Assembly (NCBI GenBank): GCA_002269645.1
Contig: NIVC01001604.1
Span: 1-64,000 of the forward strand
DNA length: 64,000 nt
Source of the DNA: Macrostomum lignano
Taxonomy: Eukaryota
Direction: 5' to 3'
Both the position numbers and the translations under genes were made by a program. Positions 45,001 to 57,700 of the stretch are shown here, one piece after another (the first letter of the stretch is position 1; every line of letters begins with the position of its first letter). The notes under the pieces are model-generated. The model was not told the origin of the DNA. It was given only the letters and a program-made list of their open reading frames with translations, and made no database searches.

Positions 45001-45163
45001 TGACTCATGTTTCTAAAAATAGATACTGAGTCATGCGGCCCAGTGCACTTTACCCGCAGACCCTGCCTTCTCCAAGGCGGGGGGTGACGTCAGTCCTAAA
45101 AATAGAACAGAGTCACGAGGTCCGGCGCATACTGGCGCACCGGGGATTTCCTGCCTATAAATA
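45001..45163 (+). promoter_or_regulatory. Dense inducible enhancer/promoter: AP-1 x2, MEF2 x2, CRE, GC box, kappaB, TATA
   Basis: TGACTCA 45001, CTAAAAATAG 45013, TGAGTCA 45027, GGCGGG 45076, TGACGTCA 45085, CTAAAAATAG 45096, GGGGATTTCC 45142, TATAAATA 45156. Confidence 0.75.
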
Positions 45164-45189
45164 CGTGCCCCTCACCCTTGGTTCAGTCA

Positions 45190-46295
45190 AGGATCGTTCT
45201 TCTTTAGTCTAGTTTTCCAGACTTCGTTCAGTTGCGCATTTAAGCTATCTGTAATTGCCCTGACCAAACTTAGACGCCAAAGCCTAAGGGAGGCTAACAC
45301 TGCCTTTTCAGCCACCCCCTGAGCCCGGCGGGATCTGCTGACCAGGATGCCTTGTTCATTAATCTGCGAATCTGCACGCTGTGCTGAGTTCGTTGACTTG
45401 TTTATTTCGTTCCGACGGGAAGCTCTCCTCACCGAAGGCCGAGACCTAAAGGAACTGGTGGCAGCACTACCGACGCTACTAAGAGCTAGTAAGAAGCTTT
45501 CGAGAGAAGAGGCTCGAGACTTAAGGTAAAGCTCGTAGGCCAATGGCGTCGTAGTTCACGAGACCATCTCCAAGCCGAGCAGAGACGGTTTCACGGCTAT
45601 TCTTGGACTGTCGGATAGCTGGATGCTCCGCTATCCGGACATGTCCCTCATCTCTATCGGGCTGATGCAGATTCAGCTCTTTAGCTTTGAGTCTGACGCC
45701 ACCCGTCCACCGCCCCCGGAGAAGCGTAAGCGGGCAAGCGGGGGCTCTGCCGGGCGGAAACACCCAAAAAAGAAGCTCCTGTTCGTCACGACCCTCCTTA
45801 CGAGGACGTGGGCCCTGACAGAAGGAAAGCCGCGAAAGCTTCAGCAACAGGTGGACGTGAAAAGGGCCGGAAACCCGCCCGGAACACTATCCGATCTGGT
45901 CTGACTCAGCGCGCAAAGCAGCTGCTAGTACCGCCAAGGCCAACAACCACAGCAACCCCCAGCCCAGTGTAAACACTGCGCCCCCCCCCCCCGGAAAACC
46001 GGGCCGAGAGCGAGAATGCCGCCCAGGTGGCGGCCCCGCCCTCGACCATGGAGACCATCCGGGAGGAGCCCATGGAACTGGAGACTGGAACTATCGGCGA
46101 GGCAGAAGAGACAGCTCTCCTGCACAACTCGCCTTGGGCCGGCAGGAAGCTGCGCGGACCACTCGTGGAATGCCCAGAAGACTTGGTCTCGAAGCTTTCG
46201 TTACAAAGAAAGACTGCTCAGGTTAACCCAATATATTCTGAGAGAGAATTCCAATCAGAACTCGACAAACTTGATAGGATTCCCCGGATTCCCAA
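45190..46295 (+). pseudogene. Decayed ORFs of unknown mobile-element or viral origin downstream of the TATA box
   Basis: One frame runs 45190-45904 with three internal stops and a basic NLS-like PEKRKR...RKHPKKK. A second Pro/Glu-rich frame runs ~45905-46295 and is cut by a minisatellite. Confidence 0.4.
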
Positions 46296-46296
46296 A

Positions 46297-46950
46297 CTGC
46301 CTGCTGTTTTGCATCACTGCCTGTTGTTTTGCATCACTGCCTGTTGTTTTGCATCACTGCCTGTTGTTTTGCATCACTGCCTGTTGTTTTGCATCACTGC
46401 CTGTTGTTTTGCATCACTGCCTGTTGTTTTGCATCACTGCCTGTTGTTTTGCATCACTGCCTGTTGTTTTGCATCACTGCCTGTTGTTTTGCATCACTGC
46501 CTGTTGTTTTGCATCACTGCCTGTTGTTTTGCATCACTGCCTGTTGTTTTGCATCACTGCCTGTTGTTTTGCATAACTGCCTGTTGTTTTGCATCACTGC
46601 CTGTTGTTTTGCATCACTGCCTGTTGTTTTGCATCACTGCCTGTTGTTTTGCATCACTGCCTGTTGTTTTGCATCACTGCCTGTTGTTTTGCATCACTGC
46701 CTGTTGTTTTGCATCACTGCCTGTTGTTTTGCATCACTGCCTGTTGTTTTGCATAACTGCCTGTTGTTTTGCATATCTGCCTGTTGTTTTGCATCACTGC
46801 CTGTTGTTTTGCATCACTGCTTGTTGTTTTGCATAACTGCCTGTTGTTTTGCATAACTGCCTGTTGTTTTGCATCACTGCCTGTTGTTTTGCATCACTGC
46901 CTGTTGTTTTGCATCACTGCCTGTTGTTTTGCATCACTGCCTGTTGTTTC
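46297..46950. repeat. 20-bp minisatellite (GCCTGTTGTTTTGCATCACT) x~32
   Basis: Directly visible. Confidence 0.97.
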
Positions 46951-47128
46951 ATAGAACAAACACTTTCCCAGCCTCTTGACACGCCAAGAATAGACAATAG
47001 TAAAAAAGCTGGAAGCTGAGGATTTGCCAAGTCAGTCAGTTGGCTGCATCACTAGAGGGTGTATTTCCACTTCTGTGCTTCGATGCGTTTAAACAAAACG
47101 AGCCGACGCTCTCAGCAGGCCGCCCGCG

Positions 47129-47905
47129 TCACGGCGTGTCGGACCGCTTGCCGAACCTGCAAATTGCAGCGGTGCGAGATCGTTGCTGAGGACCTCGGGA
47201 TCATCCATAGCTCGGCGCATTCGAGTTCTCCAGCTCTTCCCACCCACACCGCCACTGAGGCGTCAAGCTACAGAGGCGGAGGCTGAATGGTGTGCTGAGC
47301 ACAGGCAAAGCAGCAGAGTCTGCTATTGTTTCTGGTGCAGCTAAACAGCATTGACGAGCGCGTCTGGTCGTGTCCTGGCTTTTTTGTCTCAATCCTTTTC
47401 TCAAATATCCTCTTTCTAGCTGACTCAGTCGTGAAAATCTCCCTGCCGACTCATGGGTAAAATGAGAGTTTTAGGGCCGGGGAACCTACTGCTAAATCTC
47501 CCAAATACAGCCCTCAAAGACCAGGGCCGCTGGGCTTTTTTCCCTGCTCCAACTGGCCAAAGCAGCACCCTAAGCATCAAGAGCGCCGCTATCAAGACAC
47601 ATCCAATTCACCTCTAGATAACTCAAAAACACTTCAACTCAAAGTAACATCTTTAAATTTCCGAACAAACCAGTGGCTCACCTGGGCCGAGCGATGAGGC
47701 TCATGTAGCTGCGCAGGTTCTTCAGGTATTCCTTAAACTCCAGCTCCCGCGGGCCCGGCTTCTGCACGCGGTCGCTGGGGTCGCTCAGCTGCTCGCGTTT
47801 GTCCCAGGCCGGGCTGGCCCCACCGCCCGAGGCCTGCAGCAGCACCAGCAGGTACACGAGTCCCAGCAGGATGAGGGCCCTGGAACCGGTTGTCAATGCC
47901 GACAT
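47129..47905 (-). CDS. NPF: Neuropeptide Y/F precursor, 83 aa (exons 47905-47682 and 47156-47129)
   Basis: Signal peptide; KR site; 39-aa EQLSDPSDRVQKPGPRELEFKEYLKNLRSYMSLIARPRF followed by GKR. Tyr at positions 10 and 17 from the C-terminus. GT-AG intron splits the Arg codon (AG|G) of RF, the conserved NPY/NPF intron position. Confidence 0.95.
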
Positions 47906-48012
47906 TGCTCAGAAGGTTCTTAACGAATTAGGAGAGAAGGTTCCGGACTTCCGAATCTCTGTTGCGTGGCTGTAGTTTGGAGGGCTGCAGGGCGGTAACG
48001 GGTCGCACCAGC

Positions 48013-48020
48013 TTTAAATA
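48013..48020 (-). promoter_or_regulatory. TATA-like box (TATTTAAA) upstream of NPF
   Basis: About 108 nt upstream of the ATG; a CCAAT motif lies near 48052. Confidence 0.5.
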
Positions 48021-48169
48021 CCTGTGCACTTCCCCGCCCCGTGCTTGTGCGTAGCCAATCGGAAATTCTCGTTAAATGTTTAATAATGGGAAAAGCATTT
48101 TCAGCCTCGCTCGCTTCCTTAATTTTCCAATCTGGAAGCCGTTTGCGACATTGCGATGCCATTGCTACA

Positions 48170-48435
48170 CCAGACTCAGCTAATTGCTGGACCAGACTTA
48201 ACTAATGGTTGAACCAGACTTAACTATAATGGCTGGACCAGACTTAACTAATGGTTGAACCAGACTTAACTATAATGGCTGGACCAGACTTAACTAATGG
48301 TTGAACCAGACTTAACTATAATGGCTGGACCAGACTTAACTAATGGCTGGACCAGACTTAACTAATGGCTGGACCAGTCTTATAGTTAATTGCTGGTCCA
48401 GTCTTATAGCTAATTGCTGGTCGAGACTTGGCTAA
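48170..48435. repeat. 21/24-bp compound minisatellite (GACCAGACTTAACTAATGG / ...ACTATAATGG)
   Basis: Directly visible just upstream of the NPF promoter. Confidence 0.9.
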
Positions 48436-51400
48436 ATTGCTGAAATTTGAGTATCACGGACTCGCAGCGTTGAACTCATCTGGACTGCTATGCAACACCA
48501 GCAACACAATAATATAAGTTGTAAGCCAGTCACGCGAGTCATGAGAGGCAGACAACGGACTGCTATTGGCAAGCCGGGAAGCCTTTAGCGAGAGTGATCG
48601 AGCAGTGCATTTTTGCCTTTGCAGGATGAGATGTGTGATGATTAACCGGCAGACTCGAAATTAACTGACGAAGACAAATACAGCAGAGGCAAAATTTGTA
48701 GTGGTAGCATTTGATGATTGTAGCGAATGATGCGGGCGGTGGCCGCAGTTCTTATTTATTGTAACCGTATGAGAGGATATAGTTAGGGCTCGTTATTATC
48801 AATTCCGTCTGGGTAGTTAATAGAGATGGGCCGGAGTATTTGCTGAATCCGTAAGGAATGCACTGGGCGGCTACACAACAATAAGATAGATGATAGATAG
48901 AGCGAGTCGATGAGCCTGAGGCAATGGCGACGATGTGATGGCAGTGATCGTGTGGTACTCGTAGCGAGAACCATTTACAGACGGTAGTGGTGGCGTGGTC
49001 GAGAATTGACGGTGGCGGTGGCGCGACTGAGACAATTGGCAGAGGCGTGGTTTAGAATTGTGGCGGAGCGAGGCGGAGAGAGAAGACGGGTAAACAAGCA
49101 AAAGAGGGTGTGAAAAACAAGGGTGAAAAACAAGGGTCTGACCACAGGCGCCCCAGCCAGACAGAACTGAAAAAGAGCGGGCTGGGGGTGGGTGCGCGAG
49201 GAGAGCTTAATTTCAGGCTAGCATAATTTAGGCGCGGCTTTTCTATTGGCCGGCGAGAAAAACCAACTTGAAAACAGAAATTATCGATCGCATCGTATAG
49301 GCTTTACAAACGCACGCAATGTTATTTAAAATTCTTTGGGCATTACTTTAAGCAGACGTTGGAGTACGAGACCATTAAATTAACAATATTATACTGCTTT
49401 CGCTAAAACGGCCCTTGTCGGGGCTACCTCAACTGACAACGTCACAAGATGAACTGAAAATGTGAGCGCGCAATGTCCTATAAAGCATTGAAAATACAAT
49501 ATAGTTTTGGGCGAGTCCAGGACTTGCATGGTCGGGTTCCTTTCATAAGTTCGGAATTTGACATGACCGAAATGAAGAAGATTTGAGCTGTGGAAATGGT
49601 TGGCTCGGGAGTATTTGGTGATTTCGAGCCTGTGAAATTTTGAGGTGGTTATCAAAAGATTAAACGTTCTGTTTTCGACAGTGTACGTGAGATACAGCCA
49701 GTTTAAGGAGAATTAGTTCAATACTGAAGTACAACACATCTACAGTGTACTGTACTTCAGCTGTACATGCATTTCCTTTCCCGTGCATCGCGAACGCCTC
49801 TACATCGCGAAGCTCGCACTACTACAGATATTCAAGTTAATGCCAAGGAACTACGAGCTTTTGCTAAATGAAATTAATAGGCCGCAAAATGTGCATAGTG
49901 TAACGTACAAAGTGCAGTTGGAAAACTCATTATTTGTGGCTTTAAAATGAGACTGAGCAAGAATAATGCCGGGTCTTTGCGTTAAGGATTTTGATGAATA
50001 TAATTACATAGATTATTTGGCCTTTTACATAGCTTCTTAATCTCGCTTAGAGTCTTTATGAAGGTCTCTGAAGAAAATATGGCTCACAGCTTCATCTCGG
50101 CTATATGTACATTTCGGCTATTTTTGGTGCAATAGCTATCATTAAGCTGTCATTTAAAAAAAACAGATATGCAAATTTATCTTTGTCATGATCCCTTTGG
50201 AATCGAGCATTTTCGGGAATAAAATAGCTGCTGACAAATACCCAAACCATGTTCACGATATTTTACTGCGTTTGATCAACCAAGATTATATACATGTAGT
50301 AACGAGCACATGTAATATGTATATGCTTATAAGAGCATTTGAGCAGTGCACTGATCAAAGACGCCAATTGGCGCAACTGCAGACAATGACCACTTGTCTC
50401 ACGGAGCTAGCTGCTATGTGGTCACATTAGACTCAGTGTCTCATGCAACTACCATTCCATCAATATGCGCGCAGTCAAGAGACACACATGCCATACATGT
50501 ACATGTACATATCATGATGTAGTAGGAGTACCATATTCCATATCTGCTTGCGACGACGTTTTATCAAGGACAACTGAAGTTACTACTTAAGTTGTCCTTG
50601 CGTTTTATGTCGCGTTCTCGCGCAGCAGCTCTGCAAGATCTCTCCCGAATAAAAATTATTGACTAAAAGTCATCTTCGAAGCTTGCACAAGATGACTTTT
50701 AGTCAACTTTTAGTCGAAAATTAATTTTTATTAGGGCTTCATATTATCGTTGCTTTTTATAGTAAATTGATTTTTTGGAGTCCGCACATGTAGATGGCAG
50801 TTGTGGTGAACAACAGCGCTTACATTGAGAATAGTAAGAATTAAAACTCTGGATGTAATAAGAAGCTAAAGTCCACGAAAAATAAGCAAACTTTGGCGGC
50901 TTGCGAAAACAAAGTAAAGTTGCAAGCGAGAAAAGTAAAAGTTTATTAGCTTTACGCATCGGGTATAAATAAGCACGCGATCACATAGGGAGGTGCGTCA
51001 AAAAGGTGGTACGATTGAAGGCCATTTAACCCCCGAGTTAGAATATTGGCTGTCTGTCCGAGTACACCCACCCCCAGCCTGGCGGGCAGCAGGGGGTTTC
51101 AGTGCAGATGTACTCGCAATCGCTGGCTGCGTGCTGATTGGGCCGCCCCAAAACTGAAAATTTCTTTTTGCCCGACGTTGATCGTCCCTACAAGACAATC
51201 TGCTAAAAACACTAACAAAAAAAGTTCCTGTTCTGACTGATGCACATAAATACAAGCAATTTAATTTGAAAATGAAATATTAATTTTTTTAACCAAGCCG
51301 GACTGACTTGATGTTTAAATAAATGCTAAGATACAGTGCAAAGTATCGGATAAAGTTTAATAATATCAAAAGTACAAATTTGCTTTATGTAACATCTAAT

Positions 51401-51701
51401 ACCCCACTAGCATCAACTAAGTCGCTTTTGTTCTTCCCGGCGTAAAATATATCAGGCGCACTTTTTTAAAACCGTGCTCATTGGCCGTTGAACTTGAAGA
51501 GAAACATCTCTAACTAACTTTTTTAATTTTTTGTCAATCCAAACTGCGGTGAATCACTCACTGAAATGTCAATATTGTCTGCATAAATTTCCATTCAAGC
51601 AAAATCTACACATTGATATATAACAAATCTAAGCTTTCAATAGTCTAAACCGTGTAGCTATTTAAAGTTTTAAATCAAGTGAAGTGCCTCAAATTTCCAA
51701 A

Positions 51702-54700
51702 ATGGAAACAGATGCTGATGAAGTTTTAAAGGAACTCTACAATATAATGACTAAAATTTCAGAGAACAAGAAGAACAGTGATAATGCAGAGGTAAGTGAC
51801 AACAGTTTAAGTTAGAATTCAGTATTGACCACCACAGGTTAGGCCTATGACTATGTATGTTTAATGAAGTTTTGTATGCATATATCATGTATACATTAAT
51901 TTTTTTATGTTCTGAATAGAACATGTTATTTGTTTTTGGATGCTTTCCACCATGATATGCAATGGGAATGCTATATGAAAGTTTTTGTGATTAAGAGCTT
52001 TGATAGGCCCTAGACTGGTTTTCAATTCAAGATTTATATAATCTGGGTTAGAATTAATTAATCTAATCTTGAACAGGTCTTAATGCCTCTATTCAAGTTT
52101 AAGTTATTAAAATCAGTCCCTATGAAATAAAAAATCTTAAACTTAAAATTCCTCATTTATTATATATCATACATGCACAACCTTGGGAATCACTTGGCCA
52201 TTTCAAGGAGGCCGTAGCCTAGCAGCCATAGTCAGGAAGGTGGCCTTTGCCATGGAAAATTCCGGTGCACACAAGGGGTCCTTGGTGCACCTGGCACACA
52301 ATCATGGTGCACACTAAGGTCCTTAGCGTATGTGGTACATAATTGTTGCGCATGCGGCGCATAAAGTCCTTGATATATGTGGTGCTATACACAACTTTGG
52401 TGCATAAAGAATCAGAATAGAATCTTTATTAGCATAAAACTAGTGTAGCATATTGAGTCTGCATGAATTCTAAGAATTTTGTAAATTTGTCGTAAAATAT
52501 GGTGGCACACAAATTGTCCCAAAAAATTATTCTGGCGCACACTATGCCACCTTCCTGACTATGGCGCAGCAGTAGTATAGCTGCCCTTGGTGTGCCAGCA
52601 ACCCAGGTTCAATTCCAAGTGCAGTCACATTAATTTGGGGCTGAATTGGAATCACGGCTTGGCTCTGCTTATGCAATTAACAGCCTTGAGAGCCAACCCC
52701 CCCAAGGCGCAGTGAAGTGTACATGCCAATGATAATATAAAGTTAGGGCTGCTATACACTCCTGTGTGAGTGTGTGCCTGTGTATGTATCTGCGCGCTTG
52801 TATGCCTGCTCAGGGGAGTTGGCAGAATGGGCAGTAATGCCTCTCGCCGGTTGTGTGTCTATGTCACTTAAAGTGCACCAGGGTGCATACAACCCCCTTG
52901 CCTCTTATAATAAAAAACTTGACCATTCTATTGGCAATACATACATGTAAGTTGCTATTACCTGAGAGTAGTCACATGACTACTATTTTGTCCAATAGCA
53001 ACTTACATATGTGTGTTGCCAATAGAAATGGCTAGGTGAATCCCTAGGTTGTGCCCAAGCATGATATATATCCCAGTAGTTGGTTATTGACCTTTTTGTT
53101 AGGTCATCTTGACATCTTCCAAATCCTAGATCTAGGATTTATTAATATAATCCATTTCAGTAATAGCCACTTTGGTAATTGCTGCTTTAATAACTGCCAC
53201 TTTGGTAACAAAACAGATTTACAACTACTAATGCTATATCTTTATGGTAAAAGACTTTGGCAACTATTAGTTTAATAATTAATATTTCATTTCAACTACT
53301 TTATTGCCAAGTTTGGTTCAATTTTCTAACTACACAAAATTATAATTTGTTTAAATTTATGGAATTATGTATAAACTTTTATAAATAATTTAAAGGTGGC
53401 AATGAACATTATGAAAGTTGAAAATTACAAATTTTGAAGTAAATAATTTATAATATAAATGAATAAAAAGTAGTTTCTATAAATGAAGTTGCTAACTCAA
53501 AGATTCTAATCTACACAATATTTTGTCAACAGGATGTCTTAGCTTGTATATACATTTGGCGCTTCCAAAAATTAAAATAAAAATATATCTAGATTAAAAA
53601 TACATATAGTTTTCTGCTTCAATCCAAAGAAGTTTGCAAGAATGTATCTCAAATTTCAATTATTTTTCATCATGTTTTCTTTAAAGTTGGCTTGCAAAAT
53701 CTTTTTGAGCATATCAATCAATACATATTATTATTTTCACTTGTTACCAAAGTGGCTGTTACCAAATTAGACTATTACCCAATTTATGCACCTAATCTTG
53801 AAAAGGTCTCTATGCTTTAATCCAAGTTTAGGTTGATAATTTCAATCCCCGTGAATAATCTCCCTACCTTAAAACCCTTCCATTCCCTATGCTTGGCTGG
53901 TTGGCTTTAAGCCATAAATAAGTTAGGTTGAAATTGAAGTTGAAATTGGGGTTGGTCTTGAATCATTCATATTTGTTTCTTTGCTAACACTGGAACCAGA
54001 TCAATGGAAAGAATAATTCAGTATGAATATAGCCTTGAACTGCCTCCATGGGTAGAGGTCTTATGAGAATAAGGATTAAAACAAAATGAGGTTCAGTTCA
54101 TGATCATCAGGTATTGAGATGAGACAAATTGGGACTAAAGTTTTTAGTGAAATACAAGAGGCTTGCTTATTATCACTTTAATTTTGTTGAAAGCTGTCTG
54201 TATTTGTAAGGAATTTGAGATAAAGTTTAATATATGCTTAAAAATAAATGATATTGATTAGGTGTAGGTTTACCATACCTAAATCTTCCCCATTTTCAAT
54301 TCATGAAAATTTGGGTTCCAGGTTGGGTTTGATCTAAAAAATTAATGAAATTACCCGAAATTTGGCACTTGGTTTGGGTACCCGAAACAGCACTAGCTGG
54401 GCATGCCTAGGTGCTCTCATGCATGATGCTGACACCCTATTAAACTCAATACTCCATCCAATCACTGCGCCAGCAGAACGCGGCCCTGTTCAGGAAGATC
54501 TTGGAGCTTCCACGCAGTCAGAGCGCCGATTCCCGATCGAAGCGACTCGCTTCCCAGTTTGTCGGCCGGCTGTTCAAGGATTTCCCGGAGGACCAGCCGG
54601 CAGCATTCGAAGCCATTGTTGACCTTGTTGAGGATGACGACTTGAATGTTCGGAAGCAGGCGATTAGTGACTTGCCTAAGCTGTGCAAGGATGTGCCAGT

Positions 54701-57700
54701 GTACGTTGCCAAGGTTACTGACCTGCTCGTCCAGATGCTGCAGTCTGACGATCCACAGGTTGGTTTGAGTTTCTGTTGCTGATCAATGCAGCGGTTGATG
54801 CAGAATCCAGCCTGGGAGCAGCGGTTGATGCATAACTCGGGGCTGGTAGCACCAGTTGATGCAGAATCCAGCCTGGGAGCAGCGGTTGATGCAGAATCCA
54901 GGGCTGGGAGCAGCGGTTGATGCAGAATCCAGGGCTGGGAGCAGCAGTTGATGCAGAATCCAGGGCTGGGAGCAGCAGTTGATGCAGAATCCAGGGCTGG
55001 GAGCAGCAGTTGATGCAGAATCCAGGGCTGGGAGCAGCAGTTGATGCAGAATCCAGAGCTGGGAGCAGCAGTTGATGCAGAATCCAGGGCTGGGAGCAGC
55101 AGTTGATGCAGAATCCAGGGCTGGGAGCAGCAGTTGATGCAGAATCCAGGGCTGGGAGCAGCAGTTGATGCAGAATCCAGGGCTGGGAGCAGCAGTTGAT
55201 GCAGAATCCAGGGCTGGGAGCAGCAGTTGATGCAGAATCCAGGGCTGGGAGCAGCGGTTGATGCAGAATCCAGGGCTGGGAGCAGCAGTTGATGCAGAAT
55301 CCAAGGCTGGGAGCAGCAGTTGATGCAGAATCCAGGGCTGGGAGCAGCAGTTGATGCATAATCCAGGGCTGGGAGCAGCTGCAACATCTTCCAAATCCCC
55401 AACCCCGCTGAAAAACTCGCCAGGAGCAGCCCCTGGTGAACAACGCTCTGTCGCAGACTTTGACTGGACACCCGGCCGAGGCCCTCACCGGGCTGTTCAA
55501 CCAGCTGACTCACGAGGAGGCCTCCGATCTGACCAGGGAGCGAGCGCTGCGCTTTCTAACCACCAAGTTGGCACACCTGGCGCTGACGCCGCCACAGGAG
55601 GAGCTGCTGGCTCGCCTGCTGATCGATGAGCTGCTGTACGACGTGAGCGAGGACGAGTTCACCACGGCCGTCAACCTGCTGGCCGGGCTTGGCTGCATGC
55701 GCGGAGCAGCGGGCCGGCAGCGCCTGGTTGACGCCGTCTGCCAGCAGGCCGACCTGGCGGCCCCCTTTGATCCGGCCAGCCCAGCCGATGTGGCCCGCCT
55801 GAGCGAATGCGCCAGGATGGCTGCCAAGCATATGGGGGTGAGGATCCACCCATGCCTTTGGGGTTCCTGCTTTTGCTGCTTGTTCAGACCTGTATCACAT
55901 TTATATTCCTGTGTTTTACCTGTGTCTTCACTTGTCATTTCCTGTGTCTTCACTTGTGTCATTTCCTGTGTCTTCACTTGTCATTTCCTGTGTCTTCACT
56001 TGTGTCATTTCCTGTGTCTTCACTTGTCATTTCCTGTGTCTTCACTTGTGTCATTTCCTGTGTCTTCACTTGTCATTTCCTGTGTCTTCACTTGTGTCAT
56101 TTCCTGTGTCTTCACTTGTCATTTCCTGTGTCTTCACTTGTGTCATTTCCTGTGTCTTCACTTGTCATTTCCTGTGTCTTCACTTGTGTCATTTCCTGTG
56201 TCTTCACTTGTGTCATTTCCTGTGTCTTCACTTGTGTCATTTCCTGTGTCTTCACTTGTGTCATTTCCTGTGTCTTCACTTGTGTCATTTCCTGTGTCTT
56301 CACTTGTGTCATTTCCTGTGTCTTCACTTGTGTCATTTCCTGTGTTTTCACTTGTCATTTACTGTGTCTTCACTTGTGTCATTTCCTGTGTCTTCACTTG
56401 TGTCATTTCCTGTGTCTTCACTTGTCATTTCCTGTGTCTTCACCTGTGTCATCCCCGTTTCTTTCAATCTTTCCTTGTGTCCTCATCCATGTCTTTCCTG
56501 TGTTTTTACCTTATATTTGCCTGTGTATTTCCATCTCGCTGTCTTTCTCTTTACTGGATTTTCTCCTGCGTATTTCAGGGAAAACAGGTAAGCTCGTCAC
56601 CCCTTATCCGTGTTTTTATTTTGTTCTTCAGTATTTTTACCCGTATCTTAGAAACTCGACACTTGTTTATCTGTCCCATATGTTTTCAATGGTATTTACG
56701 TCCTTACCTATCTCTGGCTGTCTTTACATGTAACACTGGTGTGTCTGTTCCTCTTTTCCATTAATATCAGCCTGATGCATCCCTTCCCAACTCAGTCACA
56801 CACCCATTTCCTTGCACAGCGCAACGTCAGCGCCAAGGCTCTGCTGGTGTACTACCTGGACCGGGTGGTGCCCAGCATCGACCTGGTGGACGACTCGGCT
56901 TCCGGGCCTGGCCTGGCCGACTCGCCCCGCCTCGGCCTGCTGCGTCGCCTGGCGGAACTGAGCTCTGCTGCCGGTGAGGATTTGGGATCAGTAATGGCTG
57001 TATTGGGATCAGTGTTCAGTGCTAATTAGCTCTCATTTCACCTGTCAGGCTCGTCATTCGCGGTCACTGACAAGCAGCTTTCGGCACTGCTTGACCGCCT
57101 GCTCGACCGCCTGCCGCTGCCGCCGACGCCGCCGCCAACGCCAATGGCAACTTCGTCAAACGATAACGAGGAGGCCGAGACTGACAAGGTGCCGGAGGAG
57201 GGCGAGATTGCGCCAGCAGTCGGCGAGCCCGAGCTGAACTTCTCCCAGATCGAGTGCCTGTTGTTCGCCTTCCATCGCCTGGCCAAGACCAACCCAGACT
57301 TCCTGACCGCATGTCCCGACCGGCTAGCCGACTTTGCCAAGCGGATCGGCTATCTGAGCCAGTGAGGCTTCTGTTTCAGTCTGCATCACTGCTAAGAGTC
57401 CTATCTCAAATCCTCAATCTTTCTGAGATCCTCAACTTGACCTCGCAATCTTGATTCTCACTAGTTATTCAGCCTTATTTGTCCTAAATTTTACTGCATT
57501 TCTTCATCTCGTTACTTCGCCAAACGCCTCACCAAACTCAGAGCCAACCAAGTGTACCTGCGATCGCTGCGGTCAGCAGTTCGAGCTCCACCACGTGCGG
57601 ATGACGCCGTCCCCACCCCTGCTGCAGCCGTTGAAGCCGCCGCCCCATCGACTCAGCCGGATGCGAGCGACGACGCCGAGAAGGCGGAGAAAGCTGAGGA

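Larger units (their letters stand above)
52171..53058. mobile_element. Palindromic MITE family A, split by a SINE insertion (arms ~52171-52204 and ~52917-53058)
   Basis: The joined halves match the intact copy at 61816-61969. Confidence 0.75.
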
